Virus record (IMG/VR): IMGVR_UViG_3300031885_002559
Reading direction: 5' to 3' (one strand)
DNA: 64,000 nt
From: an uncultured virus (IMG/VR IMGVR_UViG_3300031885_002559)
Taxonomy: Duplodnaviria; Heunggongvirae; Uroviricota; Caudoviricetes
Shown: positions 38,242-48,433 of the stretch, piece after piece
Numbering within the stretch: position 1 is the stretch's first letter
Layout: each line of letters begins with the position of its first letter
Position numbers and translations under genes: made by a program
Notes under the pieces: generated by a model
Told to the model about the DNA's origin: nothing
The model's input: only the letters and a program-made list of their open reading frames with translations
The model's database searches: none

Positions 38242-39730
38242 TGGTTTCCTCCGCTGGCACGCGCTCAACAAAAGCCTCTTGCGCGTGCTGGTCAATCAGC
38301 GCAATCAGGTCGTCGGTCGAGAGGCTCTCAGGCGGATACCAGCTCTTCTGCTTACCGACCAGCCGGGCCTTGAGCTTGGCGCTGGGGCCACAGAACCGTA
38401 GACGGATAGGGCTGTTGGAGTCCTCAAGGCAAAACAGGAGGCGGCGCTTACGATGCGGCTGATGGATGTAGAAGCGTTGTCCGTTGCGGCTGATAGGTGT
38501 GAAAGTCTCGTTCAGGTAGGCCACGATCTCCATGTCCTCGGTGGCACTGGTTTCTGAGGCAGCAGGCTCTACAGGCGTTTCGTCTGCCAGCGCGGGCAGG
38601 ATGGCTGGAACTCGCGTCATCCGCGTACCAAGCAGCCGGGGGCTGATCGTGATTTTGCCCAAACCGACGTTGGCAGCCTCAACCGCACAGCTATTACGGA
38701 GCCCGCAGCTATTGCAGCGCTTGTCCGTACGGTGAAACATCGTGCCGTAGCAGTTGAGCCGGTCGGCGTATACGCGTGGAACTTTGGCCCCGATTTCAGC
38801 CAAGAGATCAGCAGTTTGGCCGTTGATCTTCTCGTACTGGTCCCGTGCGGCAATAGTCAGCATCCGGCGAATGACGATGTCGTCAACCGTGCTTGGAATC
38901 TGAAGACCGAACGCGAGCGCCAGTTGTTGCAGCACGGCGTTCCGGCGGGCGTTTGCGTCGAGTTCATCCGTAGACATAGCGTTATAGGCAGTGACCTTTA
39001 CCTGTATGCTAAGAACGGTGTTCTTGTAAAAATCCAGAGGTAATCCCAAGCCTTTTGCGCGGTGCTCCATCCTGATTTTGACGTGGATGGGGCCGCCTGC
39101 GCGTCGGCCACGGTTGGCATCGCAGTAGGCGTAGGCCAGAGTTTCAGCGTTGGGCGACACGAGCGAAGCAAGGACGTAGCGCTCATGCGGCTGAAGAATG
39201 GCCATGTAGTCTTCCAGCAGCTCCTGATCCGCGTGCGGAATGTGGCCTTCGTCTGGAATCTGAAGGTTCGACTCCGGGTCATCCATGCTGATCTCAACGT
39301 TCTTGTGGTGGTTGAGTTCAGCCTCAAGCTCAGCTTCAGTCCTTGGGGCGTCTACGGCGCGGTGGCGCGGGGGCGGTTTCTGCCCCGTGCGCTTGTGCGT
39401 AAACCGGTACTTCTGGACCAGACTACGAAACTGGTTTGCGACGGCGGTTTTGAAATACTTGAAGAAGGAAACCCGGTTAGGCTGCCGGTCGATCACGCCC
39501 TTATCCAAAAACTGGGCGAGCTTGTACCGGCCTTCGGCCATCAGCTCGTCGAAGTGAAGCTGAGGGCACGTGTGGTCCGTATACTTTGTTGCCAGCGAGG
39601 CGATGGTGCGGTCGATGTCCGACTGCATCTCCTCAAGCACCGGAGGCCGCACGGTTGGATCGCTGAACAGGAACGGCAGGTTGAGGATGAGCTTGCGACG
39701 GTCTGGCACGCACGAGCATACCGTCGGCAT
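38234..39730 (-). CDS. Putative sigma-factor-like protein with C-terminal Cys cluster
   Basis: FDELMAEGRYKL...FFKYFKTAVANQFRSL resembles sigma region 2; CYG...CNSCGLRNSC. Confidence 0.5.
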   Translation of the reverse strand: MPTVCSCVPDRRKLILNLPFLFSDPTVRPPVLEEMQSDIDRTIASLATKYTDHTCPQLHFDELMAEGRYKLAQFLDKGVIDRQPNRVSFFKYFKTAVANQFRSLVQKYRFTHKRTGQKPPPRHRAVDAPRTEAELEAELNHHKNVEISMDDPESNLQIPDEGHIPHADQELLEDYMAILQPHERYVLASLVSPNAETLAYAYCDANRGRRAGGPIHVKIRMEHRAKGLGLPLDFYKNTVLSIQVKVTAYNAMSTDELDANARRNAVLQQLALAFGLQIPSTVDDIVIRRMLTIAARDQYEKINGQTADLLAEIGAKVPRVYADRLNCYGTMFHRTDKRCNSCGLRNSCAVEAANVGLGKITISPRLLGTRMTRVPAILPALADETPVEPAASETSATEDMEIVAYLNETFTPISRNGQRFYIHQPHRKRRLLFCLEDSNSPIRLRFCGPSAKLKARLVGKQKSWYPPESLSTDDLIALIDQHAQEAFVERVPAEETNA

Positions 39731-39743
39731 CAAGTCCACGTCC

Positions 39744-40754
39744 TCACACGTCGGCTTCGTTGGCGTCGTAGATTGCGTGCTCACCATAGCGGCGTGGGTC
39801 GAGCGTAACGGACATCTGTTCAAAAATCTCCTGCGCGCTCCGGGCTGTCTTTTTGTGCTTGCGCGCAATTTCGGCTATGGACTCCGGGTCGAGGTCGCTC
39901 TTGTTGATCGCCCGGAACGTCGCGTAGTCGTCGCTGAGCTTGGCCATGTAGCTCAGAGTCGGTAATTTGAACCGCTGGCCGCCCAGAACTGCAATCATCT
40001 TTTTCATCTGGTCCCACGTCACGATCTCCAGAAGCGTGGGCAGATGCGTGTAGCTCTCTGCTGCTCGAAACAAATCCTGCTCCGTAAATGGGATGTGGAT
40101 TTTGTCGTACATCTGGTGGCGCAGAGCCGTAAGCGCCCACCCGTAGAAAAACTTGGAAAGCTCTAGGCTGATGCCGTAGGCGTACGCCGCCGACCTGATG
40201 GCCGACTGCTTGTCGTGTTCGTCGTCGATGATGCACTCGATCAAGTATCTGATCGCACCGATCTCCTGCGGGTCGCCCCACCGGCACACAAGCTCGCTCA
40301 GACGGTGCCTAACATCGTTCGCAACATCGTGCTTGTCTACCTCGTGGTCCTCCACGCCGTAGAACTTCTCCAGATTTTCGCTCGTGACGTAGAAACGCTT
40401 CCGATACTGGTTGACCTTGACCAGCTCGGATCGAAACGCGTTCTTGGCACACTTGGAGAACCAACTGAAGAGGCGACCCTTGCGGGGCTGCCAGCGCATG
40501 AGCCACTTGACGACCTTCTCTTGGGCCGCGCTGACCAATACAGGCAGATCAACCGTATAGTGGAAGTCCTCGTACTGCGCAAGGCGCTCGAACATGGCCG
40601 TGGACCCTTCCACGATCTGCTCCAGCACCAGCATGGCCTCCTTATGGCGGCCAGCCGCAGACAGTTCCTTCCACTTTATGGCTAACGGCGTGAGGACTGA
40701 CGCTTGGAAAATATGCTCGTCAGTCGCCGGAGTTGCTTTGATTTTCTTTGGCAC
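39744..40754 (-). CDS. Putative phage sigma factor (gp55-like region 2) with Mor-like C-terminus
   Basis: RWQPRKGRLFSWFSKCAKNAF (region 2); LGGQRFKLP...IAEIARKHKKTARSAQEI (Mor-like HTH). Confidence 0.6.
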   Translation of the reverse strand: MPKKIKATPATDEHIFQASVLTPLAIKWKELSAAGRHKEAMLVLEQIVEGSTAMFERLAQYEDFHYTVDLPVLVSAAQEKVVKWLMRWQPRKGRLFSWFSKCAKNAFRSELVKVNQYRKRFYVTSENLEKFYGVEDHEVDKHDVANDVRHRLSELVCRWGDPQEIGAIRYLIECIIDDEHDKQSAIRSAAYAYGISLELSKFFYGWALTALRHQMYDKIHIPFTEQDLFRAAESYTHLPTLLEIVTWDQMKKMIAVLGGQRFKLPTLSYMAKLSDDYATFRAINKSDLDPESIAEIARKHKKTARSAQEIFEQMSVTLDPRRYGEHAIYDANEADV

Positions 40755-41523
40755 CAGATTTGGGCATCTTGGCGTAACGACTGTACTCTTTGATCAGGTC
40801 CGAGAGCGCCCTGTTGCGGCGGTCGTAGTTCGGACACCGGTCGTTAACCAGTGCGAGCTGCTCCGCTGACATCAGAAGCGTCACGATACTGACGGCGGCG
40901 ATGAGCGGCAAGTGGCTAGTCGTAGGCTGGCGTACGGCACCTTGGAGCACCACGGTAGGCTGCGGCTCAGGAGCCACAGGTTCAGGCGCAGGTTCAGGCG
41001 CTTTAGGGGTAGGCTTCGCTTCCACCTTGGGCTGAGGCTTGGGCTGAGGCTTGGGCTGCTCGGCTTTAGCTTCAGGCTCAAGCTTCGGCTTCGACTCAAG
41101 CTTCGGCTTCGACTCAAGCTTCGGCTTAGGTTTCAGCTTCGGCTCTACCGGAGCTTTCGTTTCCGCTTTCGGCTTTTCGGTTTTGACGCGCTTGGCTTTT
41201 GCAGCTTTTGCAGCTATGGGCTCTACTGCTGCCGGGGCTGCCACAACTGCGTACTTCTTCCAGTCGTTGGCGCTGTTGAACACGTGGCCGCCGTCAGAGG
41301 AGATGTGGTCACGGCCCATGCCCAAAGGATCGTTGCCACGACCGCAGAGGTAGTGGGTTATGGCGACGACCTCTGCGTTGAAAGCCTGCTGCGTTCCGTC
41401 AGGGCGTGCTACAAGCACATCTTTTCTGCTGCCGGACATCCGCGAGCTGTACCACGGGTCCGTGAGGATCGCCTTCTCGACCTTGATGTATCGGGGTAGG
41501 CTGGGTTTAATTGGGGTGGTCAT
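40720..41523 (-). CDS. Hypothetical protein with Lys/Pro-rich linker
   Basis: KPKLES repeats within the ORF. Confidence 0.55.
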   Translation of the reverse strand: MTTPIKPSLPRYIKVEKAILTDPWYSSRMSGSRKDVLVARPDGTQQAFNAEVVAITHYLCGRGNDPLGMGRDHISSDGGHVFNSANDWKKYAVVAAPAAVEPIAAKAAKAKRVKTEKPKAETKAPVEPKLKPKPKLESKPKLESKPKLEPEAKAEQPKPQPKPQPKVEAKPTPKAPEPAPEPVAPEPQPTVVLQGAVRQPTTSHLPLIAAVSIVTLLMSAEQLALVNDRCPNYDRRNRALSDLIKEYSRYAKMPKSGAKENQSNSGD

Positions 41524-41602
41524 AGACTGTCGTGTGTCAGGTATACTCAACGCGATTTTTGTTTCAATAGAAAAGCACGATTTTGCGCGAAAAACTTGCT
41601 CA

Positions 41603-42310
41603 CTACTTCTTCACACCGCGCTGTGGAGCACGATTTAGCGGTGCTTGACGCGGCACTGGGCGCTGACGCGGAGGCGGCGGAGGAGGCACAGGTTCATCAA
41701 CCGGCTCAGGTGGAGCGTCTTCTTCAGGAGCCTCTTCAGCAGGCTCAGCCTCTTCAGCAGGCGGAGCCTCTTCAGCGGGCTCAGCCTCTTCAGCAGGCGG
41801 AGCCTCTTCTGCCGGGGCTTCAGCGTCTTCCATTTGCAGAATCGGCCTACCCGCCGTGATCGCAGAGACGTACTTGCCATAGGCAAGGGCCTCAGTCATG
41901 ACTTCGTCCCACGGCCCGAACCACTGAAGCACCTCCGTATACAGATTTTGAATATCGGGTTTCCGCGTTTTCAAGACGATCTCGCCTTGGTCGTCAAGCT
42001 CAACCAAAATGGCGTGTATGTGGTTGCAGATATTGGCCTGAACACGGGGTAGCTCGCCGTGTTCCTGCCAGTAGCACTGATCAATGATGACCGTGAAATG
42101 AGCGTCATGCCAGACCTTCTCGATAGGCCCGACCTTACGAAGCTTGACCACGTCACCTTTGCACCGAACCGTCTCCTCCTGATCGTTCTGCGTCATCGCG
42201 ACAACGCTGTCGATCTTGAGCTTCGTCAGCGTACCGTCGTACCGCTGCTTGATCAACCGCTGCAAAAACGCCTGAAAATCGGCGTCCTTTTCGTAAGCTG
42301 TTGTTGGCAT
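41603..42310 (-). CDS. Putative phage metallopeptidase-like protein with acidic repeat tail
   Basis: HFTVIIDQCYW...NHIHAI...KPDI pattern (degenerate HExxH); PAEEA repeats. Confidence 0.45.
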   Translation of the reverse strand: MPTTAYEKDADFQAFLQRLIKQRYDGTLTKLKIDSVVAMTQNDQEETVRCKGDVVKLRKVGPIEKVWHDAHFTVIIDQCYWQEHGELPRVQANICNHIHAILVELDDQGEIVLKTRKPDIQNLYTEVLQWFGPWDEVMTEALAYGKYVSAITAGRPILQMEDAEAPAEEAPPAEEAEPAEEAPPAEEAEPAEEAPEEDAPPEPVDEPVPPPPPPRQRPVPRQAPLNRAPQRGVKK

Positions 42311-42312
42311 CG

Positions 42313-43701
42313 TTAGTCCTTTTCTTCTGCTGCGTACGGTTGTTCGTCGTCTTCGTCACCGTGGGGTACGCTGACTCCAAGACCCTCCGTTTGCATGGCG
42401 TGCTTGACTGCCGCAGCCCAGAGCAGGTCTATGTCAGCCCGGTGGGCCTCGTAAAACGCAGGCCACTCGGCCCGGCAGAAAATCGACGGGTCTTTGCGCC
42501 CACGGCCACGCTTGGCCACCGGCTTTTCGTCGTCTTCAGCGAGCGTCGTAGTCGTCTCTTTCACGTCGAAGGTCGTCGTCGGAATCTCGTGACGAGCGAA
42601 CTTGAACGCGATGTTGGTGCCCTTCTCCTTATTCTGGATTTCAGCGAACTCTCCTTGCCCGATGAACAGGAGGCTTTCAAGGATGCTGAAGCTGTCGTTG
42701 AGGCCGCCAATCTTGTCGTCGAACAGGAGCGCCATGCGACCCTCGCGCAACGGCTTTTTGATCCTGTTTTTCTTGGAGAAGAAACCCACCAGATACCCAG
42801 CGGCAAATTGCGCCGTAGGCACGAGCCGGTATTTCGTCGGCATCTGATACATGAAAATGCGGTGCGTCGCCGCGAACTTCAGCGCCTTGCCGCCGAAGGT
42901 AACGTGGGCGTTATCCTGTGGCGTAGAGGTCATCATGGGCCGCTTGTTCTGGCCCTGCTCCTTGATGTTGTCACGCACCTGATTGGTGCAGATCATGCAG
43001 ACGTTTTGACGGTTGATGTCGAGCATGAGCTTGCGGAAGCCCTTGCTGATCTGCGCGGCTTGGCGCGGGTAGTCGTCCTTGCCCCATTCCTGTGCCAGCT
43101 CTTCTTTGGAGCTAGTAGAGGCGATGGTATCGACGATGACGACCACGAACTGCTTACGCGGTTTGCCTGCTTCCTCGAAACGGGCTTCGCGCTCTTTGGC
43201 GACCTCCATCACGTTGTCCACCATCTTGAACATCATCTCGATGGTATCGCACCGGGACAGGATCACGTCGGCGTCCGTGCCGTCAACCGTCAGCTTGCTG
43301 TCATCGTCAACGGACTGCTCGTTGTCGATGTAGAGCACGGCCACGTCCATCTCGTCATGGTTGAGCGGCTTGTACACGACAACCCCGGCAGCGTCGCGCT
43401 CGACCTCGTAGATGTGGAACTGCTGGGCGCGTATAGCCGACCGAAAAACAAGGCTGGTCTTGCCGCAGGACTCCAGCCCGTAGATTTCGCACACCCGGCC
43501 AAACGGCATCCCGCCGACGAGGTCGTCGAACACGCGGATGCCCGTAGTCAGGACGTACTTGATCGCAGACAAGACCTGCTTGTTGCTGCGGGAAACCTCG
43601 TAGGTGCCGTACTTCACACCGTCTGGGGCTGTCCGCTTCAACTTGGCGATGACCTCGTCTTGGAAGTCGGTCGTAGCGCGGAGTTTGACGGGTTTGCTCA
43701 T
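42313..43701 (-). CDS. uvsX: RecA/UvsX recombinase
   Basis: GGMPFGRVCEIYGLESCGKT, YIDNE, IVDTIA, TNQVR, GGKALKF. Confidence 0.95.
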   Translation of the reverse strand: MSKPVKLRATTDFQDEVIAKLKRTAPDGVKYGTYEVSRSNKQVLSAIKYVLTTGIRVFDDLVGGMPFGRVCEIYGLESCGKTSLVFRSAIRAQQFHIYEVERDAAGVVVYKPLNHDEMDVAVLYIDNEQSVDDDSKLTVDGTDADVILSRCDTIEMMFKMVDNVMEVAKEREARFEEAGKPRKQFVVVIVDTIASTSSKEELAQEWGKDDYPRQAAQISKGFRKLMLDINRQNVCMICTNQVRDNIKEQGQNKRPMMTSTPQDNAHVTFGGKALKFAATHRIFMYQMPTKYRLVPTAQFAAGYLVGFFSKKNRIKKPLREGRMALLFDDKIGGLNDSFSILESLLFIGQGEFAEIQNKEKGTNIAFKFARHEIPTTTFDVKETTTTLAEDDEKPVAKRGRGRKDPSIFCRAEWPAFYEAHRADIDLLWAAAVKHAMQTEGLGVSVPHGDEDDEQPYAAEEKD

Positions 43702-45155
43702 GCGCGTGTGGTCCTCTGTTGAACGCCTGTGATTCGACGGCGGATTTCGTCACCCAACCCAGCAGGGGCAGGGCGCGCAACAGGAGGCGGAGCCGTCTCC
43801 TCGGCAGGGAGGCTCTCCTCAGCAGGCGGAGCAGCATCCGTAGTCTCTTCAGGCAGCTCTTCGCCTTCGTCGATGTGCCCATCTTTGGTGCCGCCACGCG
43901 GCAACGGAGCTGGGGCGGGACGAGCGCGTGGAGCAAGAGGGGCTGCCGCCGCTGGAGCCGAACGAGGCGCAGCCGGTCGCGCTGGAAGCGCGGCAGGACG
44001 TGTTGCAGCCGGGGCTGTACGGGCAGCCGGAGGGGCTGCGGCTCGCGCTTGAGCTGGCGCTGGCGCTGTACGGGCAGCCGGAGCTGGGGCGGCGCGACGT
44101 GGGGCCGGGGCCGGAGCCGGTTCTTCGACGCCCTCTTCGACCGGCTGTTCAGGCGGAGGCTCCTGCTCGGCAATAGCCTGAGCATCCGGCGGTTCTTCGG
44201 CTGTCGGTTCGGCTGCCGGGTATTCAGCACCCGGCACTTGATCCTCTTCAGGCGGAGCCGGACGACCGCGACCTGCGGGGCGGCTACGCCCAGTGCGCGC
44301 AGGAGGGTTGTCGTCGTGTTCGTCGAGGCGCTCAGTCTCTTGCGCACCTTCTTCGATGTCGGTGTACGTCTGACTGCGCGAGCGGCCACCACCAGCAGCG
44401 CCACCGCCCCGGTGGGCCGACGAGAAGGCCGATTCGTGGAGCTTGTCAGCAAACTCCTGAAGCTCCTTATCGGTGGGCATCACGACCTTGGGGAGTTTCA
44501 TCCCATCCTCGATCTTCTTGATGCGCGGATCGCCTTCAACCAAGTTGTCGAGCGCAGGCCGGGCATCTTCGACACGGTCAAGCCGGATGCCCTTGGCAGT
44601 CTTGTTCGCCCAGAAGTCACTGCCTTTGATCCAGTCGAGCACGCTACGCGGGTTGCTGGACCGCAGATGGTTCCGGTAGAATCCCATCAGCTCCTCGAAC
44701 GAGTTCTTGTAGTGCGAGAACTCGTACGGCAGCAGGATTTCGTTGTCGGGCACGGCAATAGGGCCTGCGCCCGTGGACTTCTCGAACACCAAGCAAAACG
44801 TTGTCCACTGGGCTTGCGCACGGCCTTCCCAGCCGATGTCCTTGATCGCGTCCGATGTGCTGTCGTTGAGGCGATCAGCTTCTTCGCAGACAGGGCACCA
44901 CGCGTCAGGGTCACCCCCGAAGTCAGGCGCAGTGTGCTTGGGGCAGTAAACCGGCTTCTGGTTCAGCCAGTGGCGGCCCAGCCGGGCGTACCACAGGCCC
45001 TTCGGGCCGAGTTTTGCAGGGAGAAACCTGACAAGCCACGAGTCGCCGCGTTTCATCTTCACGCGGCGGGCCGCTCGGCTCGTCGATTGAATGTAGCGCG
45101 ACTCACTATCGTACTCGATCAGGTTGGGATCAATGGGGGCTTGGTCTCTTGGCAT
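43698..45155 (-). CDS. gp32-like single-stranded DNA-binding protein with long low-complexity tail
   Basis: VRFLPA...H...CP....G...CPVCE; adjacent to UvsX. Confidence 0.75.
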   Translation of the reverse strand: MPRDQAPIDPNLIEYDSESRYIQSTSRAARRVKMKRGDSWLVRFLPAKLGPKGLWYARLGRHWLNQKPVYCPKHTAPDFGGDPDAWCPVCEEADRLNDSTSDAIKDIGWEGRAQAQWTTFCLVFEKSTGAGPIAVPDNEILLPYEFSHYKNSFEELMGFYRNHLRSSNPRSVLDWIKGSDFWANKTAKGIRLDRVEDARPALDNLVEGDPRIKKIEDGMKLPKVVMPTDKELQEFADKLHESAFSSAHRGGGAAGGGRSRSQTYTDIEEGAQETERLDEHDDNPPARTGRSRPAGRGRPAPPEEDQVPGAEYPAAEPTAEEPPDAQAIAEQEPPPEQPVEEGVEEPAPAPAPRRAAPAPAARTAPAPAQARAAAPPAARTAPAATRPAALPARPAAPRSAPAAAAPLAPRARPAPAPLPRGGTKDGHIDEGEELPEETTDAAPPAEESLPAEETAPPPVARPAPAGLGDEIRRRITGVQQRTTRA

Positions 45156-45174
45156 AGGTGTTTTCCGGTTGAGG

Positions 45175-45636
45175 TTAAGAACGTGAGAGAGCGTCCGTGT
45201 GCCGACGCGTAGCCTCTGTCGTGCGCACCAGCTCCATCTTGGCTGTCAGCGATGAGATGGAGCGCTTGAGACGCTCGCACCACGCGTCAGACTCTGCGTG
45301 TATACGGTGTGCGTTCTTGACGACATCGTCGAGAACGACGGCCTTTTCCAGCGCGGCTTCAGTCATCTTTTCACCGTACCGCTCAAGGAACTCGCCGCTC
45401 CGCAGTCGGAAGTATACGGTAGCTTCGGCCTCCTTGATCTCCTGCTTTTCGATCTGCTCCGTCTGCACATAGTACTGGAGCTTTTCGTTCAGGTACTCGA
45501 TGATGCCGGGCAACTGCTGGCTGGCCTCCTCGATACTCGTGTAGTCGTGATTGAGGTAGAAGTCGAGGTCGATGACCTCGCCATCCCCGAACATGAGCTT
45601 GCCGATCTTCGGGCACGGCATCTTTTTGGCAATCAT
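45175..45636 (-). CDS. UvsY-like recombination mediator
   Basis: About 150 aa, helical, KMTEAALE motif; in the SSB-UvsX cluster. Confidence 0.5.
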   Translation of the reverse strand: MIAKKMPCPKIGKLMFGDGEVIDLDFYLNHDYTSIEEASQQLPGIIEYLNEKLQYYVQTEQIEKQEIKEAEATVYFRLRSGEFLERYGEKMTEAALEKAVVLDDVVKNAHRIHAESDAWCERLKRSISSLTAKMELVRTTEATRRHTDALSRS

Positions 45637-46874
45637 TTGGGTGTAAACGGTGCGAGTTTAACCGATGCGCTTTCCACGGCGTCCAGCTTTTTGAGAACGT
45701 CGTCCGGCGTAGTAGAACCAAGAACTTCACACTGAACCTGACCTCGGCCACGAGGGCACTTGTTTTCAGGGAAGTTCACGTAGGCAAAACACGGGCTGTG
45801 GTCACAGGCTGTGGAGTTCCAAATCGCCAAATCCATGTAGTCCGGGTCGTAGCCGAGCCGCACACCCGGATGATGGCTTCCCCACAGCGAAATCGCCGGG
45901 GTGCGCAGGGCCTCAGCGATGTAGAGCGTGCCTGAATCGAGGCAGACCAGCGCCTTGGCCCGCTCAATCAGCGCCATGAGCACGCGGAGCGGAGTGCCGT
46001 CGATCATGTTGATCACCGGCCCCGGCATCTGCGTATTGGCGACATGATGGACGAACGACCCGGCGCTCATCTCGGTATCGGGCAGCTTCATCTTGGTTGA
46101 ACCGACCACGACCACGGGACGGCGGGCCGACAGCTCCTTGATGATGGCCAGCCACGTGACGTAGCTCAGGGACCGGATCGACGCGGCGGCAAACGGGGCC
46201 ACCACGTAGTAGCCCGTGCGGCGCAGGTCGATCTTCTTCTGGTCGTACACCATCTTGTAGAGCCGGTCCAAGTGCCTGAAGTCTTCCGGCGTGGTAACGG
46301 CCTTGGGGCGCTTCCACTGCGCGTCAATCTGGTCTGGGTCGAAGTTCAACTGGCGGTAGAGCGCGTCGTATACGTTTAGCTGATCGACCTCCTCGTCGCA
46401 CTCGGTTACCGACTCGACAAACCAGTGGAAATTGTAGAGCCGCAAGTGGTCGTACTCCACTGGCCCGCACAGCGCCGTGCCATTGCTGATGTCCGGGTTG
46501 TGCGTCAGGATGACGGCGCGGTCTGACAAAGCGTATACGTCGAGCTTGACGTTGTGCCCAGTCACGTGGTTCAGAAAGGCCAGTGGCCCAGTCAGGAACA
46601 GGAGGTCACCGATGCCTCGGTCGCGCAGCCGTTCAATGAGGACGCGGGTGTCGGCAATGTTCTTCCCGGCGCTCAAGTGGTTGAGCAGGCTGCCCGAGTT
46701 CAAGTCTGACACGGTCTCCACGAAGTCCTGTATCAGCGTAACGTGCATCGCATTGAGCACGTAGCGCCGAGCCGGGTTCAGCAGCCAGACTTCGTCCTCG
46801 GTGCGATGAAACATGACCGGCTGGTTAACCGTGACGATTTTCCAGCCGTAGTTCGTCAGCTTGTGCGGCGACAT
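45633..46874 (-). CDS. GT9-family (heptosyltransferase-like) glycosyltransferase
   Basis: GIGDLLF, LVCLDSGTLYIAEALRTPAISLWG, CSPC-like motif. Confidence 0.85.
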   Translation of the reverse strand: MSPHKLTNYGWKIVTVNQPVMFHRTEDEVWLLNPARRYVLNAMHVTLIQDFVETVSDLNSGSLLNHLSAGKNIADTRVLIERLRDRGIGDLLFLTGPLAFLNHVTGHNVKLDVYALSDRAVILTHNPDISNGTALCGPVEYDHLRLYNFHWFVESVTECDEEVDQLNVYDALYRQLNFDPDQIDAQWKRPKAVTTPEDFRHLDRLYKMVYDQKKIDLRRTGYYVVAPFAAASIRSLSYVTWLAIIKELSARRPVVVVGSTKMKLPDTEMSAGSFVHHVANTQMPGPVINMIDGTPLRVLMALIERAKALVCLDSGTLYIAEALRTPAISLWGSHHPGVRLGYDPDYMDLAIWNSTACDHSPCFAYVNFPENKCPRGRGQVQCEVLGSTTPDDVLKKLDAVESASVKLAPFTPK

Positions 46875-46891
46875 AGTGGGTAAGAACGTGA

Positions 46892-48433
46892 TTATTTCGG
46901 GAGACCGAGGTAGGGCCAGATGGACTGAGGGATGATGGCCATTTCTTCAGGACGCCACTCCCGTATACGCGGCCAAATCTGGTACTTCTTGTACATGTGC
47001 GCGTTCACCATGCCGGGCTTGGCATTGGGCAGCGTGTCTTTCATCCAGCCCTCGAAGTCGTAGTCGGGATCGTCGTAGTGCCCACCCCGGCGGTGCTTCT
47101 TCTCGTTTTCTTCCGACGTGCGGCGCGTGCTGGTAAAGTGGATCACGCGTGGAATCTGCACCTGAAACTGGGTGGCCGAGGGCGTTCGACACACGCGGAA
47201 GTTGGCCGCGCTCGAAATGTACACGACAGCAACATCAGTCGCCGAGTCCACCGGGTAGCCGGGGGTGCCCATCACCGGGATCATGCGCACGCTGATCGCC
47301 AGTTGGCCCTGCTGGATGAAAGGCCGTATCAGCTCCAGCGTACCCGGCACCCAGAGTTCGTCGCCGTCCACAATCAAGATGTGCTTGAAGCCCTGCTTGC
47401 GAATCCAGTCGAGGCTCTCGTTGCGCAGGCGCGTCTCAACCGATAGTCGGCTATCGGTGGGATGAACACGGTAGCTGGCCGTGTGGAATACCTTGGCGTT
47501 TACGTTGGCTCCTAACGCGGTGAGCTTGTCAAAAACGGGCTGGAGCGTAGCTGACTCTTCTGGCAGCACAGGTTCCCCGGACCAGTACTCATCGGGACAG
47601 GCGAAAAAGAAGTCACGGCAGCCCTCCTCCATCATGCGCTGGCAGACTTCAAAGAGGCAGAGGTCATCCTTGGTGGTCTGCAAGTATACGGCAAAGCGCA
47701 TCGCCTCTTCCTTCGGGGCGATAACTTCGTCAGTGCCCAGCGACTTGGGGCCGTCGTCGAGCGGAAACTTCCGCATCCGCCGGAAGTGGAACAGCATCTC
47801 ACCGCTGTTCCAGCGCTCCTGCGACGCGTGCGCCGTATCGGTCTGGTCGCGCTGGCGCTTGCCGCAGTCCGGGTGCATGTGCTCAAAGAGGAGCTGCGGC
47901 GCTTGGATAACCACGCTGTCGAGCATGGCCTTCTCGCCAAACTCGGTATCGCAGAAGAGAGACTGGTACTTCGGGTAGAAGATGTAGCCAAACTTATTGT
48001 AGCGAGCCCGCGTCAGGATCGCGAGCACCAAGATGTCGTGGACGTAGCCGTCTTCGACATGGACAACGTATTCGCCGTTTTCCCAGCCTGCCGGTTCAAG
48101 GCCCAGCAGAAGCTCGTCCCAGTTTTGCGGCGGGTTGAAGTCATCCGCCACAGCAATGATCACCTTGCCTGTGGTCTTGGCGGCAGCAGCGTTCCAGCCT
48201 GCGACGCATGTCTTTGGACCGTCGTTGACTACAAGGTGCGCACCGCAGCACGCGCCTGCGGTAGCGAGAGCGTTCTTTGCCGCGTGCAGGGAGGCATCGT
48301 CCCCGCTGTCAACCGAGATAACCCACTCCACGTTGGCCGGGTTTTTGGCCCGGCTGGTCCACAGGTTAACCACAGCGGGTATGAACTTCGGCCTAACCGA
48401 TGTATACGCCAGAGAGAATGTTGGTGTGCTCAT
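46892..48433 (-). CDS. Tandem GT2-like glycosyltransferase
   Basis: SVDSGD, WNAAA, AVADDF, FCDTE in the first domain; IVDGDELW in the second. Confidence 0.75.
   Translation of the reverse strand: MSTPTFSLAYTSVRPKFIPAVVNLWTSRAKNPANVEWVISVDSGDDASLHAAKNALATAGACCGAHLVVNDGPKTCVAGWNAAAAKTTGKVIIAVADDFNPPQNWDELLLGLEPAGWENGEYVVHVEDGYVHDILVLAILTRARYNKFGYIFYPKYQSLFCDTEFGEKAMLDSVVIQAPQLLFEHMHPDCGKRQRDQTDTAHASQERWNSGEMLFHFRRMRKFPLDDGPKSLGTDEVIAPKEEAMRFAVYLQTTKDDLCLFEVCQRMMEEGCRDFFFACPDEYWSGEPVLPEESATLQPVFDKLTALGANVNAKVFHTASYRVHPTDSRLSVETRLRNESLDWIRKQGFKHILIVDGDELWVPGTLELIRPFIQQGQLAISVRMIPVMGTPGYPVDSATDVAVVYISSAANFRVCRTPSATQFQVQIPRVIHFTSTRRTSEENEKKHRRGGHYDDPDYDFEGWMKDTLPNAKPGMVNAHMYKKYQIWPRIREWRPEEMAIIPQSIWPYLGLPK

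Noticed and set aside
41025..41145. Tandem 18-nt and 12-nt repeats
   Set aside because: In-frame KPKLES/PKPQ peptide repeats within a protein linker.
41725..41825. Tandem repeats containing CCTCTTCAGC
   Set aside because: Encode the PAEEA acidic tail of ORF 41603-42310.
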